Notes: generated by a model not told the origin, from the letters alone. A stretch of 64,000 nucleotides of DNA from Candidatus Daviesbacteria bacterium (GCA_016176465.1 JACOXD010000010.1:7497-71496); one strand, 5' to 3'; shown: positions 30,858 through 41,236, numbered from the stretch's first letter. A program made the numbers and translations.

Positions 30858-31181
30858 ATGAAATTTTACTCACATTTAATTGAGATAGAATCAATAATAC
30901 TTGAGCTGGATCATCTTGATTTATCTGATAAAGAAAAAAAACACTTAGCAAGTTTAATAGATGATAATTTGCATCAGTGCATTTTAGATGCAGTATTATC
31001 CCACCTAACACCTGAAGATAAAAAAACTTTCATCAACCACTTAAATGCTAAGGATCAAGAAAAAATTTGGGAATTTCTAAATAATAAAGTTGAAAATATA
31101 GAAGAGAAAATTAAAGTAGCAGCTAAAGATTTAAAAACAAAAATTCATAAAGATTTAAAGATAGCAAAAAGGATTTCTTAA
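30858..31181 (+). CDS. Hypothetical helical protein
   Basis: Tightly packed ORF in the sec operon. Confidence 0.6.
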   Translation: MKFYSHLIEIESIILELDHLDLSDKEKKHLASLIDDNLHQCILDAVLSHLTPEDKKTFINHLNAKDQEKIWEFLNNKVENIEEKIKVAAKDLKTKIHKDLKIAKRIS

Positions 31182-31182
31182 A

Positions 31183-32046
31183 ATGCTAAGATTAATGCGT
31201 TATAAATATGTTTTCTTTATTATCTCCACTTTAGTGATTTTACCTGGTTTGTATTTTCTAATAACTAGTGGATTAAAGTTAGGTATAGATTTTACCGGAG
31301 GTTCGCTTCTTGAATATCATTTTGAAAAAGAAATAAACATTGATGAGCTAAAAAAGTATGGGCAAGTCGTTAAATCCGGTGATAAAACTTATATTCTAAG
31401 AACAAAGCCTCAAGAATTCCAAGAGTTGCAGAAGTTAAAAAGTGAATTAGCTAAACTATTTGGAAAATTTGATGTTAGAAGAGAGGAAAATGTTGGGCCA
31501 ATTATTGGTCAAGAGTTAAAACAAAAAGCCATCCTGGCAACTATTGTTGCTTGTGTGGCAATTTTAATTTATATTAGTATTTCTTTTAGAAAAGTTCCTA
31601 AACCAACATCCTCTTTTCGCTTTGCCCTCTCAACAATAGTTGCACTTATTCATGATGTATTACTCATAGTGGGAGTTTTTGCAATTTTAGGGAAATTTTA
31701 CAATATAGAGATAGATACTTTATTTGTCAGCGCATTACTTACTATAATTGGGTTTTCCGTTCATGATTCTATTGTAGTTTTAGATAGGGTTAGAGAAAAT
31801 CTAACTAAGTTTTCAGGAAAAAAATTTAGCGAAATTGCTGATATTTCTATTACCCAAACTTTAGCAAGATCCTTAAATACTTCTTTAACAGTGGTATTTG
31901 TTTTAGTGGCCCTGCTTTTGTTTGGAGGAGAAACAATCCGCTATTTTACGATTGCCTTGCTTGTAGGGGTGATCTCAGGCACATACTCCTCAATTTTTAA
32001 TGCACTAGCTTTCCTTACTTGGTGGGAAGAAAAATTAGGACATTAA
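31183..32046 (+). CDS. secF: Protein translocase subunit SecF
   Basis: GIDFTGG, HD, GFSVHD.IVV.DR.RE, RSLNTS, GTYSS. Confidence 0.96.
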   Translation: MLRLMRYKYVFFIISTLVILPGLYFLITSGLKLGIDFTGGSLLEYHFEKEINIDELKKYGQVVKSGDKTYILRTKPQEFQELQKLKSELAKLFGKFDVRREENVGPIIGQELKQKAILATIVACVAILIYISISFRKVPKPTSSFRFALSTIVALIHDVLLIVGVFAILGKFYNIEIDTLFVSALLTIIGFSVHDSIVVLDRVRENLTKFSGKKFSEIADISITQTLARSLNTSLTVVFVLVALLLFGGETIRYFTIALLVGVISGTYSSIFNALAFLTWWEEKLGH

Positions 32047-32049
32047 ATA

Positions 32050-32433
32050 TTACTTTTTTTGTCCAAGAAGGTAAAGAGCATAAAGTCCTGGTAAACCTAA
32101 TATTACTCCGATTAAAACAGATGAAACATTTGGATCAGCTGTTGAATTTTCAAAAAGCAAATCTATTCCATACAGATTTTGAGTTCGAAGGAAGCTATAA
32201 TATAAAATATCCAAAGTCCAAGCTATAGTTAATACCCAAAATAAAACTCGAGCAGTTTTTCTGGAAAAAATAACTTTAGAAAATGCAAGTGAATAAACTG
32301 CAACTAAAATTATAATCATCTCAACAAAACCTCTATAATCTGCTAAAGTTAACAGTGAAATTTGAGCAAAACTACCAATCACTCCTAAAACAAAAAGTGC
32401 TAAATAGATGGCAAAAATAATCTTCCAGATCAT
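32050..32433 (-). CDS. Hypothetical 4-TM membrane protein
   Basis: Hydrophobic ORF. Confidence 0.6.
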   Translation of the reverse strand: MIWKIIFAIYLALFVLGVIGSFAQISLLTLADYRGFVEMIIILVAVYSLAFSKVIFSRKTARVLFWVLTIAWTLDILYYSFLRTQNLYGIDLLFENSTADPNVSSVLIGVILGLPGLYALYLLGQKK

Positions 32434-32469
32434 AATTTAATATTCTAACTATTTTTTAAAAATGTCAAG

Positions 32470-33918
32470 CTAGGCTTGCTCTTTGATTTTACTAAACAAG
32501 TATTCTTTGGTATTTTTAGATGAATCATCTGACACTTCTTTAAATAACTTTTCTAAAACTTCTCCCACTTTTGGTCCTGGTTTTATATTTAATATTCTCA
32601 TCACATCATTACCATTTACTTTTAAATCATTTATAGAAAAGGGTTTTTTTAAAACTTGTTTTATTCTTTCTTTAAATTTTTCCATTCTCCAAGAAACAGG
32701 TTTGCTGGTATCCCCTCCAAGTCTATCCCCAATTCTTAAAGCAAACATATCATCTAAATTTTCTAAGCCTACATTTTTAATAAATCTTCTAATAGCAGAA
32801 TCTGTTTGTCTTTCATCTGTTGAAAACATATGCCACCTAATTAGCGAGTATAATTTATCGGTTTGTTTTTTAGAAAGATTAAACCTTTTAGCAATATTTA
32901 ATGCTAAATCTGCTCCAACGATATCATGATTGTAAAAAGTTACATTCCCCACGGAGTCTTTTTTAAAAGTTTTAGCTTTCCCAATATCGTGTAAGAGAGC
33001 GGCAAACTTCACAATAGGATCTAGTGAGGGAGTTTCTCGCATAGTTCTCAAAGAGTGATCTCCAATGTCATAAATCCTATCATGCTTAGGTCCTTCTTGG
33101 ATTATCCCAAAACATTTTTCTACCTCAGGCAGTATTAGTTTTAGTATCCCAGTCTCTTTTAATAGCTTTATTCCGAAATAAGGACTGCCTGATTCTAGAA
33201 TTTTAAAAAGTTCATCCCTAATTCGCTCCCTAGCAATTTCTTTAATTAGTTTGGCATTTTCCTTAATGCTAGAAAAAGTAGTTTTTTCGATCTCAAATTC
33301 CAACTCTGTGGCAATCCTAATTGCTCTCATTAGACGCAGTGCATCCTCCTGGAAGCGTTTGGAGGAATCTCCAACTGCTCTGATTAATTTTTCCTTAAGA
33401 TCTTTTTGTCCATTAAATGGATCAATAATCCCTTTTTTGTCATCCTGAGGTGCGGGTCCCTTTAGGGAGGAAGGATCTAGAGATTCTTCGCTGGCGCTTA
33501 AAATGATAGAAGGAAGAAACGCCATTGCGTTGATTGTGAAATCGCGTCTTCCTAAATCTTCTTCAATTTTATTAGTCCAAGAAACTTCAACTGGGTGACG
33601 ATGATCTTTATAGTTTCCCTCTTTTCTCATTGTTGTAATTTCATAAACTTTTAAATCTTCGCTATGGTCGGCATCCCCGCTCACTTGTTCACTAACGCTA
33701 GCAGGGATTCCCACAGTTCCAAATTTATTATCATAAAAACCATCCGGGAAGATTTTTAAAATCTCTTCTGGCTTAGCATCTGTTGTGAAATCAAAATCTT
33801 TAACCTCCTTCTTCATTAAAAGATCACGAACAGCTCCTCCCACAATATAAATTTGGAAATTTGCTTTTTTAAACTTATTTATAATCTCTAAGATATCTTT
33901 AGGTATTGCAAGTTTCAT
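32470..33918 (-). CDS. CCA-adding enzyme/poly(A) polymerase family protein with HD domain
   Basis: VGGAVRD, DFD, RRDFTIN, EDALR..R, ERI..E, LLHDIGK. Confidence 0.92.
   Translation of the reverse strand: MKLAIPKDILEIINKFKKANFQIYIVGGAVRDLLMKKEVKDFDFTTDAKPEEILKIFPDGFYDNKFGTVGIPASVSEQVSGDADHSEDLKVYEITTMRKEGNYKDHRHPVEVSWTNKIEEDLGRRDFTINAMAFLPSIILSASEESLDPSSLKGPAPQDDKKGIIDPFNGQKDLKEKLIRAVGDSSKRFQEDALRLMRAIRIATELEFEIEKTTFSSIKENAKLIKEIARERIRDELFKILESGSPYFGIKLLKETGILKLILPEVEKCFGIIQEGPKHDRIYDIGDHSLRTMRETPSLDPIVKFAALLHDIGKAKTFKKDSVGNVTFYNHDIVGADLALNIAKRFNLSKKQTDKLYSLIRWHMFSTDERQTDSAIRRFIKNVGLENLDDMFALRIGDRLGGDTSKPVSWRMEKFKERIKQVLKKPFSINDLKVNGNDVMRILNIKPGPKVGEVLEKLFKEVSDDSSKNTKEYLFSKIKEQA
33438..33508. 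repeat. In-frame palindromic element in the CCA enzyme gene
   Basis: tgtcatcctgag...gaaggatctagagattcttcg...aaatgata; encodes IILSASEESLDPSSLKGPAPQDD. Confidence 0.8.
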
Positions 33919-33971
33919 ATAAGGGAATTTTAACCTGATTACCTCTATGTTACAATTAGCGCTGCCTAAAA

Positions 33972-35609
33972 ATGATTACTGCCAAGATTTGGAAAGTTAA
34001 AGAAAGAAGTAAAGAGGATTTAATAGAGCAGCTTTTGCTTAATAGGGGGCTAAATTCAAAAAAACAAAAGGATGAATTCTTTAATCCTAAATTGGAAAAC
34101 TTCCAAAAGGATTTAGAAATCAAAGGAATAAAGATAGCCCAAAAAAGAATACAGAAAGCTATATATAACCAGGAGCTAATTATAGTCTATGGGGATTATG
34201 ATGTTGATGGAATTGCTGCATCGGCCATAGTATATAAGGCCTTAACTTCTTTGGGAGCAAAGATTTTGCCCTATATTCCCCACCGCGAAAAAGAAGGATA
34301 TGGATTGTCAAAATTAGGTTTAGAGCATGCCAGGGATAGTGGTGCAACTTTAGTTATTACAGTTGATAATGGAATTGTAGCAATAAAGCAGGCTGAATTT
34401 GCTAAAGAATTGGGTTTGGATTTAATTATTACTGACCATCATTTACCGCTTGATGAAAAACCACAAGCTTTTGCAATTGTCCACTCTATTAAAATGTGCG
34501 GAGCTGGTGTGGCTTGGTGTTTAGTTAAAGATTTAATAAAAAAAGATCTAAGTGATGAACTTTTACAGTTTGTAGTAATTGCCACCATTGCAGATTTAAT
34601 GCCTTTAGTGGGATTAGGTAGAGCATTTGCAGTTGAAGGTTTAAAACAGCTTAATCAAACTAAAAACTTAGGTCTAGTTGCACTGATGAAAGAATCTGGT
34701 TTAGAGCCAGGTGAGATTACTGGTTATGACGTAGGTTATATTTTAGCTCCCCGCCTAAATGCTATTGGCAGGTTGGAACATGCAATTGATGCATTAAGGC
34801 TTCTTTGCACTAATGACCCTATTAAAGCTACAAAATTAGCAAAGCTTTGCAGTGATACAAATTCCATAAGACAAAAAATAACAGAGGAGGCTATGATTGA
34901 TGCTAAAGCTCTTATAGATAGTAAGGACAAAAGCAAGATTCACATTGTTGATAGCGAAAAATGGGTTCCGGGAATTATAGGTTTAATAGCAGGTCGGATT
35001 TCTGAGGAGTATTATCGTCCGGCCATAGCAATATCTATCGGTGAGGGTATATCCAAAGGATCTGCCAGATCAATAAATGGGGTAAATATTGTTGAAATAA
35101 TTAGGACCTGCTCTGATATTTTAGTGGATGTAGGAGGACACTCAGGAGCTGCGGGATTTAGCATAGCAAATGATAAAATTGCTGAATTTAAATTAAGAAT
35201 TCGTAAACATTTAGAAAGTTTAGAGGATTTTTCAGACCCAATCTTGGAAATCGATGCAGAAGTTTCAAAAAAGGATTTGACGCTACATTATGCTAGGTTA
35301 ATAGAAAAATTTGCACCATTTGGATTGGGTAATCCTAGGCCCTTACTTATTAGCTCTGCCATGGCAGTTTCCGATTTAAGAACAGTGGGAGAGGGAAAAC
35401 ATTTAAAATTTAAAGTCTCTCCCTCTGTCATCCACAGTGGAGCAGCACGGAATGAAGGATCTATTGATTGTATAGCTTTCAATATGGGAGATTTAAAAGA
35501 TATTTTAATTGATGGAATTTTAGTTGATTTGGTTTTTTACTTAGAAGTGAATAGGTTTAACGGAACAGAAAAAATACAATTAAAAGTTAAAGATCTTAAG
35601 TTAGCTTAA
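33972..35609 (+). CDS. recJ: ssDNA exonuclease RecJ
   Basis: GDYDVDG, TVDNG, TDHH, PRLNA.GR, GGH..AAG, PFG.GNP.P. Confidence 0.96.
   Translation: MITAKIWKVKERSKEDLIEQLLLNRGLNSKKQKDEFFNPKLENFQKDLEIKGIKIAQKRIQKAIYNQELIIVYGDYDVDGIAASAIVYKALTSLGAKILPYIPHREKEGYGLSKLGLEHARDSGATLVITVDNGIVAIKQAEFAKELGLDLIITDHHLPLDEKPQAFAIVHSIKMCGAGVAWCLVKDLIKKDLSDELLQFVVIATIADLMPLVGLGRAFAVEGLKQLNQTKNLGLVALMKESGLEPGEITGYDVGYILAPRLNAIGRLEHAIDALRLLCTNDPIKATKLAKLCSDTNSIRQKITEEAMIDAKALIDSKDKSKIHIVDSEKWVPGIIGLIAGRISEEYYRPAIAISIGEGISKGSARSINGVNIVEIIRTCSDILVDVGGHSGAAGFSIANDKIAEFKLRIRKHLESLEDFSDPILEIDAEVSKKDLTLHYARLIEKFAPFGLGNPRPLLISSAMAVSDLRTVGEGKHLKFKVSPSVIHSGAARNEGSIDCIAFNMGDLKDILIDGILVDLVFYLEVNRFNGTEKIQLKVKDLKLA
35426..35462. 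repeat. In-frame half-element in recJ
   Basis: tgtcatcc...gaaggatct; encodes VIHSGAARNEGS between HLKF and IDCIAF. Confidence 0.65.
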
Positions 35610-36526
35610 GAGGAGATTTTAGTTAAAAATTCTAAATATTTTGGGTATTCCCCATGGACTAATTTGTTATAAATATCTTGGACTTTGCCAGTAATTTCTC
35701 CTACCACACCATCTCCAATCTTTCGATCATCAATTTCTATAACTGGTAAAATCTCTGCTCCTGTTCCAACTAAAAAAACCTCATCAGCAGATGTTAGTTG
35801 GGTTTTAACTAAACTTTCCTCCTTAACCTCAATGTTTAAATCTTCCTTTATGATTTTTATAACAGTGTCTCTGGTTACACCTTGTAAAATATCATCTGAA
35901 ATAGGAGGAGTGTAAGCAATATTGTTTTTAACAATAAATAAATTTTCTGCACTTCCTTCCACTACATTACCTTTATGGTCTAAAAATAAAGCTTCATCAT
36001 ATCCCGCTAATGAACTCTCTGTCTTAGCAAGTGAGGTATTAACATAAGACCCAGTAATTTTGCCTCTAGGAGGAATTTGATTATCTGATACCCTAACCCA
36101 GGATGAAATTTTACAATGAATACCTTTTTTTATATCTCCATACCTTCCAAGAGGGACAGTGTAAATAAGGAAGCTATCTCTTAAGGTTTTTAAATTAAAA
36201 TTACCAACAGCGGGATCTGATTTAAATGCTAGCGGTCTAATATAAAGGTCAGTTTTTTCAAAATTTTTTTTGACCAATTCTTTAGTTATATCAATCAACT
36301 TTTCTAAAGAGTAGGGCAAGTCAATAAATAAAATTTTGCATGATTGAAGCATCCTCTTATAGTGATCATCAACTCTAAAAATAAATAGTGCATCCATCTT
36401 TTTTGAATAATAGGCCCTAATCCCTTCAAAACAACCAGTCCCATAATGCAAAGCATGAGTAGTTATGGGCACATTAGCTTCATCTAGTGGGATAAATTTT
36501 CTATCAAAAAATACTTGTGGTTTCAT
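35606..36526 (-). CDS. ilvE: Branched-chain amino acid aminotransferase
   Basis: LHYG.GCFEGIRAY, YIRP, EGSAEN, IL.GVTR. Confidence 0.93.
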   Translation of the reverse strand: MKPQVFFDRKFIPLDEANVPITTHALHYGTGCFEGIRAYYSKKMDALFIFRVDDHYKRMLQSCKILFIDLPYSLEKLIDITKELVKKNFEKTDLYIRPLAFKSDPAVGNFNLKTLRDSFLIYTVPLGRYGDIKKGIHCKISSWVRVSDNQIPPRGKITGSYVNTSLAKTESSLAGYDEALFLDHKGNVVEGSAENLFIVKNNIAYTPPISDDILQGVTRDTVIKIIKEDLNIEVKEESLVKTQLTSADEVFLVGTGAEILPVIEIDDRKIGDGVVGEITGKVQDIYNKLVHGEYPKYLEFLTKISS

Positions 36527-36783
36527 TTTTCTATTTTATACGAAATTTTAAATAAAGCATGCCAAACATTTTTAATTACCTCTTCGTTTATTCCAAGGGC
36601 TCTCGCCTCTATAATTAAGGTATTAATCTTAGCCTTCTCTCTACTTGGATCCTTTACTTCTTTACCATTTATTTTTTTTATTTTCCCGATTTTTTCGACT
36701 ACTATTATTCTTTTTTTCAGTAACTTTAGAATTTTTTTGTCTATTTGATCAATATCTTTTCTATATTTACTTAAACTATCCAT
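36523..36783 (-). CDS. Chorismate mutase (AroQ type II)
   Basis: L..YR..ID.ID..I..LL..R......IG..K, D..RE. Confidence 0.88.
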   Translation of the reverse strand: MDSLSKYRKDIDQIDKKILKLLKKRIIVVEKIGKIKKINGKEVKDPSREKAKINTLIIEARALGINEEVIKNVWHALFKISYKIEK

Positions 36784-38408
36784 TAAACTGCTCCTAAAAT
36801 CTTGGTTACCGGGCAATATTGTTTTAAAATATTTAAAGCTTGAGTTAACTTTTGATCATTTAAGTTTACCTCAACTTCAATAAAAAAGTAATAATCCCAT
36901 ACCTTTTCTTTACTAGGACGGGATTCAATTTTATTTAAATTAATTCCTAAATCCGCAAACACACTTAAAATATCCCTTAAAATTCCTACTCTGTTAAAAA
37001 TAGTTAGAAAGAGTAAGGTTTTCGTAGAAACTTTTGCCAAAGGATTTAAGTGTTTGGAAATTAAATAAAATTTGGTGATATTATTTTGATTATCCTCAAT
37101 ATTTTTGGCCAAAATATTTAAGTTATAAAGTTTTGCCGCGAGTGATGGGCCAATAAAAGCTACTCCTTTTTTAGCTGCATCATTAGCAATCCCGGATAAT
37201 GTGCTGGCAGAGTATTCCAACTGTACTTGTGGCAAATTCTCATTCAAATAGTGTTTGCATTGAGCAATTCCTTGAGGATGGGAAATTACTTTTTTTATTT
37301 TATTTAAGCTAGATTCCTTGGAAAGTAAGTTTTGATTAACTTTAAGTTCTAAAGATCCATTAGTTTTCAAGTTAAACTTTACAAGAAAGTCTAGTGTTTC
37401 CCGGATAGTCCCTTCAGTTGAATTTTCTGCTGGGACTACCCCAAAATCTAGCTCACCATAAGATAGCGCTTGAAAAATATCAAACAAAGTGGGTTTAGGT
37501 ATTAGAGTTTGTTCGTTACTATCAACAACTTTTAAAGCTGCTTGGTGAGAAAAAGTTCCATTTGGTCCTAAAAAACCCAATTTTACCTTTTTTAGATTTA
37601 GCTTTAAACTTTTATGTTTGTCAATAATAGTTTGGATTTTTGTAGGATTTGGTTCAACTTGGGATTTCAAAGTTCTAATTTCTTTTTTAATTAAATCTTC
37701 TTTCTTTTTGATAATTAATTTAATTAAAACTTCCTGGTTTTTAAGATGATTTTTTAAAATAGCAGGATACTCAGGGTTATTAATCTGTAGTTGAGAGATT
37801 AATTCTTCATCTTGAGCGAGTACTCTACTCAAAACAGAAACTTGATTTAAAAAAACAGGTGTAGAAATTTTTCCTGCTGTATTTATTTTATTTTGAAGTA
37901 AGGTTTTTGCCAAACTTATGTTGATGAAATGAATTAGGGCTTGAATGTGAGCCATCTGGAAATCGTGTTCTTTAAGTCCTAAGTTTATGATTTGTCCTCC
38001 CGCATTTTGAATTAGCTTTCTTAAGTTTTCAATAAGTTTATGTTTTTTAATTTCCACAAAAATTACTTTTTGATTCTCAATAGATGATAATTTAGGTCCA
38101 AATAATAAATGCATACATAAAGCTCCATTTTTAGTTTTTTCTAAACTTTTTGATGTTTTGGAGATGATGGAAGATAAATCCACCAATAAAACATCATCCC
38201 TGCTAATTTTGGAAGTCTCATCAATTACTTTTGGTGCAATAGAAATCGGGACAGAGATAAAAATAATATCTGAATTTTTTACATCATCTGATTTGGAATT
38301 ATTTTTCCCACTGATAGTACTAGATACTCCTTGGCTTTCCAAAAAATTTTTAAGCCAATTACCCATTGCACCAGTTCCACCAATAATGTGAATTCTTAAG
38401 TTGTCCAT
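36783..38408 (-). CDS. Fused prephenate dehydrogenase-prephenate dehydratase-ACT
   Basis: N-terminal IIGGTGAMG Rossmann fold and HD..MA..Q..H; C-terminal LGP.GTFS, ENSTEG, SHPQ..AQC, NL.KIESRP. Confidence 0.9.
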   Translation of the reverse strand: MDNLRIHIIGGTGAMGNWLKNFLESQGVSSTISGKNNSKSDDVKNSDIIFISVPISIAPKVIDETSKISRDDVLLVDLSSIISKTSKSLEKTKNGALCMHLLFGPKLSSIENQKVIFVEIKKHKLIENLRKLIQNAGGQIINLGLKEHDFQMAHIQALIHFINISLAKTLLQNKINTAGKISTPVFLNQVSVLSRVLAQDEELISQLQINNPEYPAILKNHLKNQEVLIKLIIKKKEDLIKKEIRTLKSQVEPNPTKIQTIIDKHKSLKLNLKKVKLGFLGPNGTFSHQAALKVVDSNEQTLIPKPTLFDIFQALSYGELDFGVVPAENSTEGTIRETLDFLVKFNLKTNGSLELKVNQNLLSKESSLNKIKKVISHPQGIAQCKHYLNENLPQVQLEYSASTLSGIANDAAKKGVAFIGPSLAAKLYNLNILAKNIEDNQNNITKFYLISKHLNPLAKVSTKTLLFLTIFNRVGILRDILSVFADLGINLNKIESRPSKEKVWDYYFFIEVEVNLNDQKLTQALNILKQYCPVTKILGAV

Positions 38409-39271
38409 ATTGAATTTTCATCCTCTCTATTTAACTTTCTGTATAATTTTAAAATTAACCCTGCCAGTTTATCCCAAGTTAAGTGTTGGTTAGAATCTGT
38501 TAGTGCGTTTCCTGGATCAATCCTAGTTTCTATAATAAACCCATCAAAGTTCTTTCCTAAGTTTTGACTAAAGGTTAGTGTTTCCTCTATTACTTTTTCA
38601 ACATTAGCAGTTGTGCCGCCAATATGGGAAGGATCAATTATCATGGATAGATCTGATGTTTCTTTGACCCTTAAAGCCATTGCTAAATCATGAGGATTTC
38701 TGTAAGAGTTTGGATTTCTTGGTTCCTCAGTTCCTGGATCAAACCCACGATGACATAAAATTATTTTACCCTCTAATTTTTTAGCCCTCTCCTCATCACC
38801 TAATACATGGGATAAAATTCCCAGCCAGTGTTTTTCACTTTTCCAGGGTTGATTTTTAATCATTAAATAAACTCCCCCACCTTGAGTGGAAACCAATTCT
38901 CCAATCTCATCTTGATCCAGGTGCTCTTGCATCCTGGAGCCAATCCAGATTAAGACTTGAGGATTATTAGATTTTTGTTTAATGGTTTTTATTATATCTT
39001 TTGCCATTGAAACATTTCGCACCTCGGTTGCAGGAATCATTCCTAAATTTGCTATCTCCACAAGTCCATCTAAAAATTCCTGCCTTTTATCTTTTGATTC
39101 ATGGTACATCCCACTCCAGGATCTTACAGTTCTTGGTTTATAGCCAGATGCCCTAAAAATTAATCCACCCATTTTTTTAAAAACTAGGGCATTCTCAAGC
39201 ATCTGCTTTCTACTTTCAGCAGCACATGGTCCTGCTATTATTATTGGTGATTTAAGATTTATTAATTTCAT
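38396..39271 (-). CDS. DAHP synthase (type I-beta/KDSA family)
   Basis: IAGPC..ES, KPRT, WIGSR, CHRG, DPSH. Confidence 0.85.
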   Translation of the reverse strand: MKLINLKSPIIIAGPCAAESRKQMLENALVFKKMGGLIFRASGYKPRTVRSWSGMYHESKDKRQEFLDGLVEIANLGMIPATEVRNVSMAKDIIKTIKQKSNNPQVLIWIGSRMQEHLDQDEIGELVSTQGGGVYLMIKNQPWKSEKHWLGILSHVLGDEERAKKLEGKIILCHRGFDPGTEEPRNPNSYRNPHDLAMALRVKETSDLSMIIDPSHIGGTTANVEKVIEETLTFSQNLGKNFDGFIIETRIDPGNALTDSNQHLTWDKLAGLILKLYRKLNREDENSIWTT

Positions 39272-39282
39272 ATTTTTCCATT

Positions 39283-39307
39283 AAAAAACCTCCCATGAGG
39301 GAGGTTT
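39283..39307 (-). terminator. Attenuator terminator
   Basis: Minus strand aaacctccc-tcat-gggagg-tttttt. Confidence 0.85.
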
Positions 39308-39336
39308 GCTTTTAAAGACTTTTAGTCTTTAAACTA

Positions 39337-39405
39337 CTAACAAACCCCCTCCTTACGGAAGGCAAAATAAGCAAAAAACCACTTATTAACTTGGTTTGTT
39401 TTCAT
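39337..39405 (-). CDS. Aromatic leader peptide MKTNQVNKWFFAYFAFRKEGVC
   Basis: W-F-F-A-Y-F-A-F; promoter TTGACA(39445-39440)-17-TAGACT upstream; terminator and DAHP synthase downstream. Confidence 0.88.
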   Translation of the reverse strand: MKTNQVNKWFFAYFAFRKEGVC

Positions 39406-39441
39406 AACTTTAAAAAAGTCTAACAAATACTATATAGCTTG

Positions 39442-41211
39442 TCAAATTTTATAAAAGCCTCTACCTGGTTCTAATATAATTTGATCAACGTTAGCACCAG
39501 GAGGCATAATTGGTAATATCTTTTCATTAGGATCAACCCAGAAATCCAATAAATAAGCATCAGGAGAGGTAAGCATTCTAACAAGACCAGGTTCTACTTC
39601 ATCCCACCTTGTAACTTTTTCCCCTCCAAAACCACGAGACTCTGCAATCTTTACAAAGTCAGGAGGTTTTCTATCGACTGAAGAGCGTTTTCTATCGACT
39701 GAAGAGCGTCTCCCATCCCAAAAATCTTCTTGCCACTGTCTTACCAAACCTAGTCCTCGATTATTAAATAGAGCTATTTTTACAGCTACTCCATGATTAG
39801 CAGCTGTTGTTAATTCTCCCTCTGTCATTTGAAAACCGCCATCTCCTACTATTAAAACTACTTCCTTTTCTGGGTGGGCAATTTTTATTCCAATAGCGGC
39901 TGGTAATCCCCATCCCATGGTTCCTGCTCCTCCGGTTGTAAAAAAACTGTAAGGATCTTCTTGCATTAAATGTTGAAACGCAGCCATTTGATGTTGACCC
40001 ACATCTGCCACAGCTATTGTTTTTCCTTGAGTTAATTTTGAATATATGTGTGTTATTCCTGCCATTGTTAATGGACCTTCAATGGCTATTGCTTTCCTAG
40101 TTACTCTTTCGTATTGGACTCGAGCAAGCTTTCTAAATTCTTCCAGCCATTCCTCATGACTATTTTCTCTCAAAGCTTCTGCTAATGCTTGTAATCCCAG
40201 AAGTGCATCAGCTTGAATTGCTACATCAGCATTAACTACTCGATTGAACTCCTCTAGATTAATATCCATGTGTATGATCTGTGCTTGTTTTGCGTACCCT
40301 GCTACTTTTCCAGTTACTCTATCATCAAATCTCATTCCAACCCCGAGTATAGTTTGTGCCCTATTAGTGTTTATATTTGCTCCTAAGTCACCATGCATAC
40401 CCAGTCCTCCAACATATAAAGAATGATCACTTGGCATACTAGATAACCCCAGTAATGTGGTAGCAACTGGTATTCCTCCTTTTTCAGCAACTGCTTTTAG
40501 AGCTTCAGCAGCTCTGGATCTCGATACTCCTTGACCAGCAAGAATATAAGGCCTTTTAGATTTATTTAACAAATCAGCAGCCCTTTCTATTTGCCCCAGT
40601 GCTTGAGGTGTAAGTTCTGGGCGCATAAAGCCTGGCGCTGGGGAAAATATCTTAAATTCTGCTTTAGCAACCTGCCAATTTCTGGGTATATCAATTAATG
40701 CAGGACCAGGAGCACCATCTTGGGCGACGTGGAAAGCTTGATCCATGATAGCAGGGATTTCTTCCACGTTTTTTATTTGATAGGCCCACTTAGTAAAGGG
40801 GAGAGCTCCAGAAACTATATCTGCTTCTTGGAATGCTCGGGTTCCTTCTACAGTTGAAGCAACATTTCCAGTTATAATTACCATTGGCACATTATCCATT
40901 TGCCCGGTATAAAGACCAGTTAGTGTGTTTGTTGCTCCGGGACCTGATGTAAATAAACCTACACCCACTTCCCCTGTGGCACGAGCGTAACCATCCATTA
41001 TATGTGTACCACCCTGTTCATGAGTTACCTCAATTCGTTCGAAGGGATAATCATATAAGGCATCAAAGGTAGGCATAATTGCCCCTCCCGGAAGAACGGC
41101 AATCTTCTTGACATGATGACGCTCTAATGATCTCATCACTGCTTGACCACCTGTTAACGTTTCTCGCCCAGTGGATGACTGGGCTTCTAATTGTCTCTCT
41201 GCTATTGCCAT
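39442..41211 (-). CDS. ilvB: Acetolactate synthase large subunit
   Basis: PGGAIMP, HEQG, TSGPGATN, FQEAD, RFDDRV, GDGGFQM ThDP motif; the ATG at 41226 lies in the terminator, so 41211 is preferred. Confidence 0.94.
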   Translation of the reverse strand: MAIAERQLEAQSSTGRETLTGGQAVMRSLERHHVKKIAVLPGGAIMPTFDALYDYPFERIEVTHEQGGTHIMDGYARATGEVGVGLFTSGPGATNTLTGLYTGQMDNVPMVIITGNVASTVEGTRAFQEADIVSGALPFTKWAYQIKNVEEIPAIMDQAFHVAQDGAPGPALIDIPRNWQVAKAEFKIFSPAPGFMRPELTPQALGQIERAADLLNKSKRPYILAGQGVSRSRAAEALKAVAEKGGIPVATTLLGLSSMPSDHSLYVGGLGMHGDLGANINTNRAQTILGVGMRFDDRVTGKVAGYAKQAQIIHMDINLEEFNRVVNADVAIQADALLGLQALAEALRENSHEEWLEEFRKLARVQYERVTRKAIAIEGPLTMAGITHIYSKLTQGKTIAVADVGQHQMAAFQHLMQEDPYSFFTTGGAGTMGWGLPAAIGIKIAHPEKEVVLIVGDGGFQMTEGELTTAANHGVAVKIALFNNRGLGLVRQWQEDFWDGRRSSVDRKRSSVDRKPPDFVKIAESRGFGGEKVTRWDEVEPGLVRMLTSPDAYLLDFWVDPNEKILPIMPPGANVDQIILEPGRGFYKI

Positions 41212-41236
41212 AAAAAAACCTCCCATTTGGGAGGCT
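41212..41236 (-). terminator. Attenuator terminator upstream of ilvB
   Basis: Minus strand gcctccc-aaat-gggagg-ttttttt. Confidence 0.85.
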
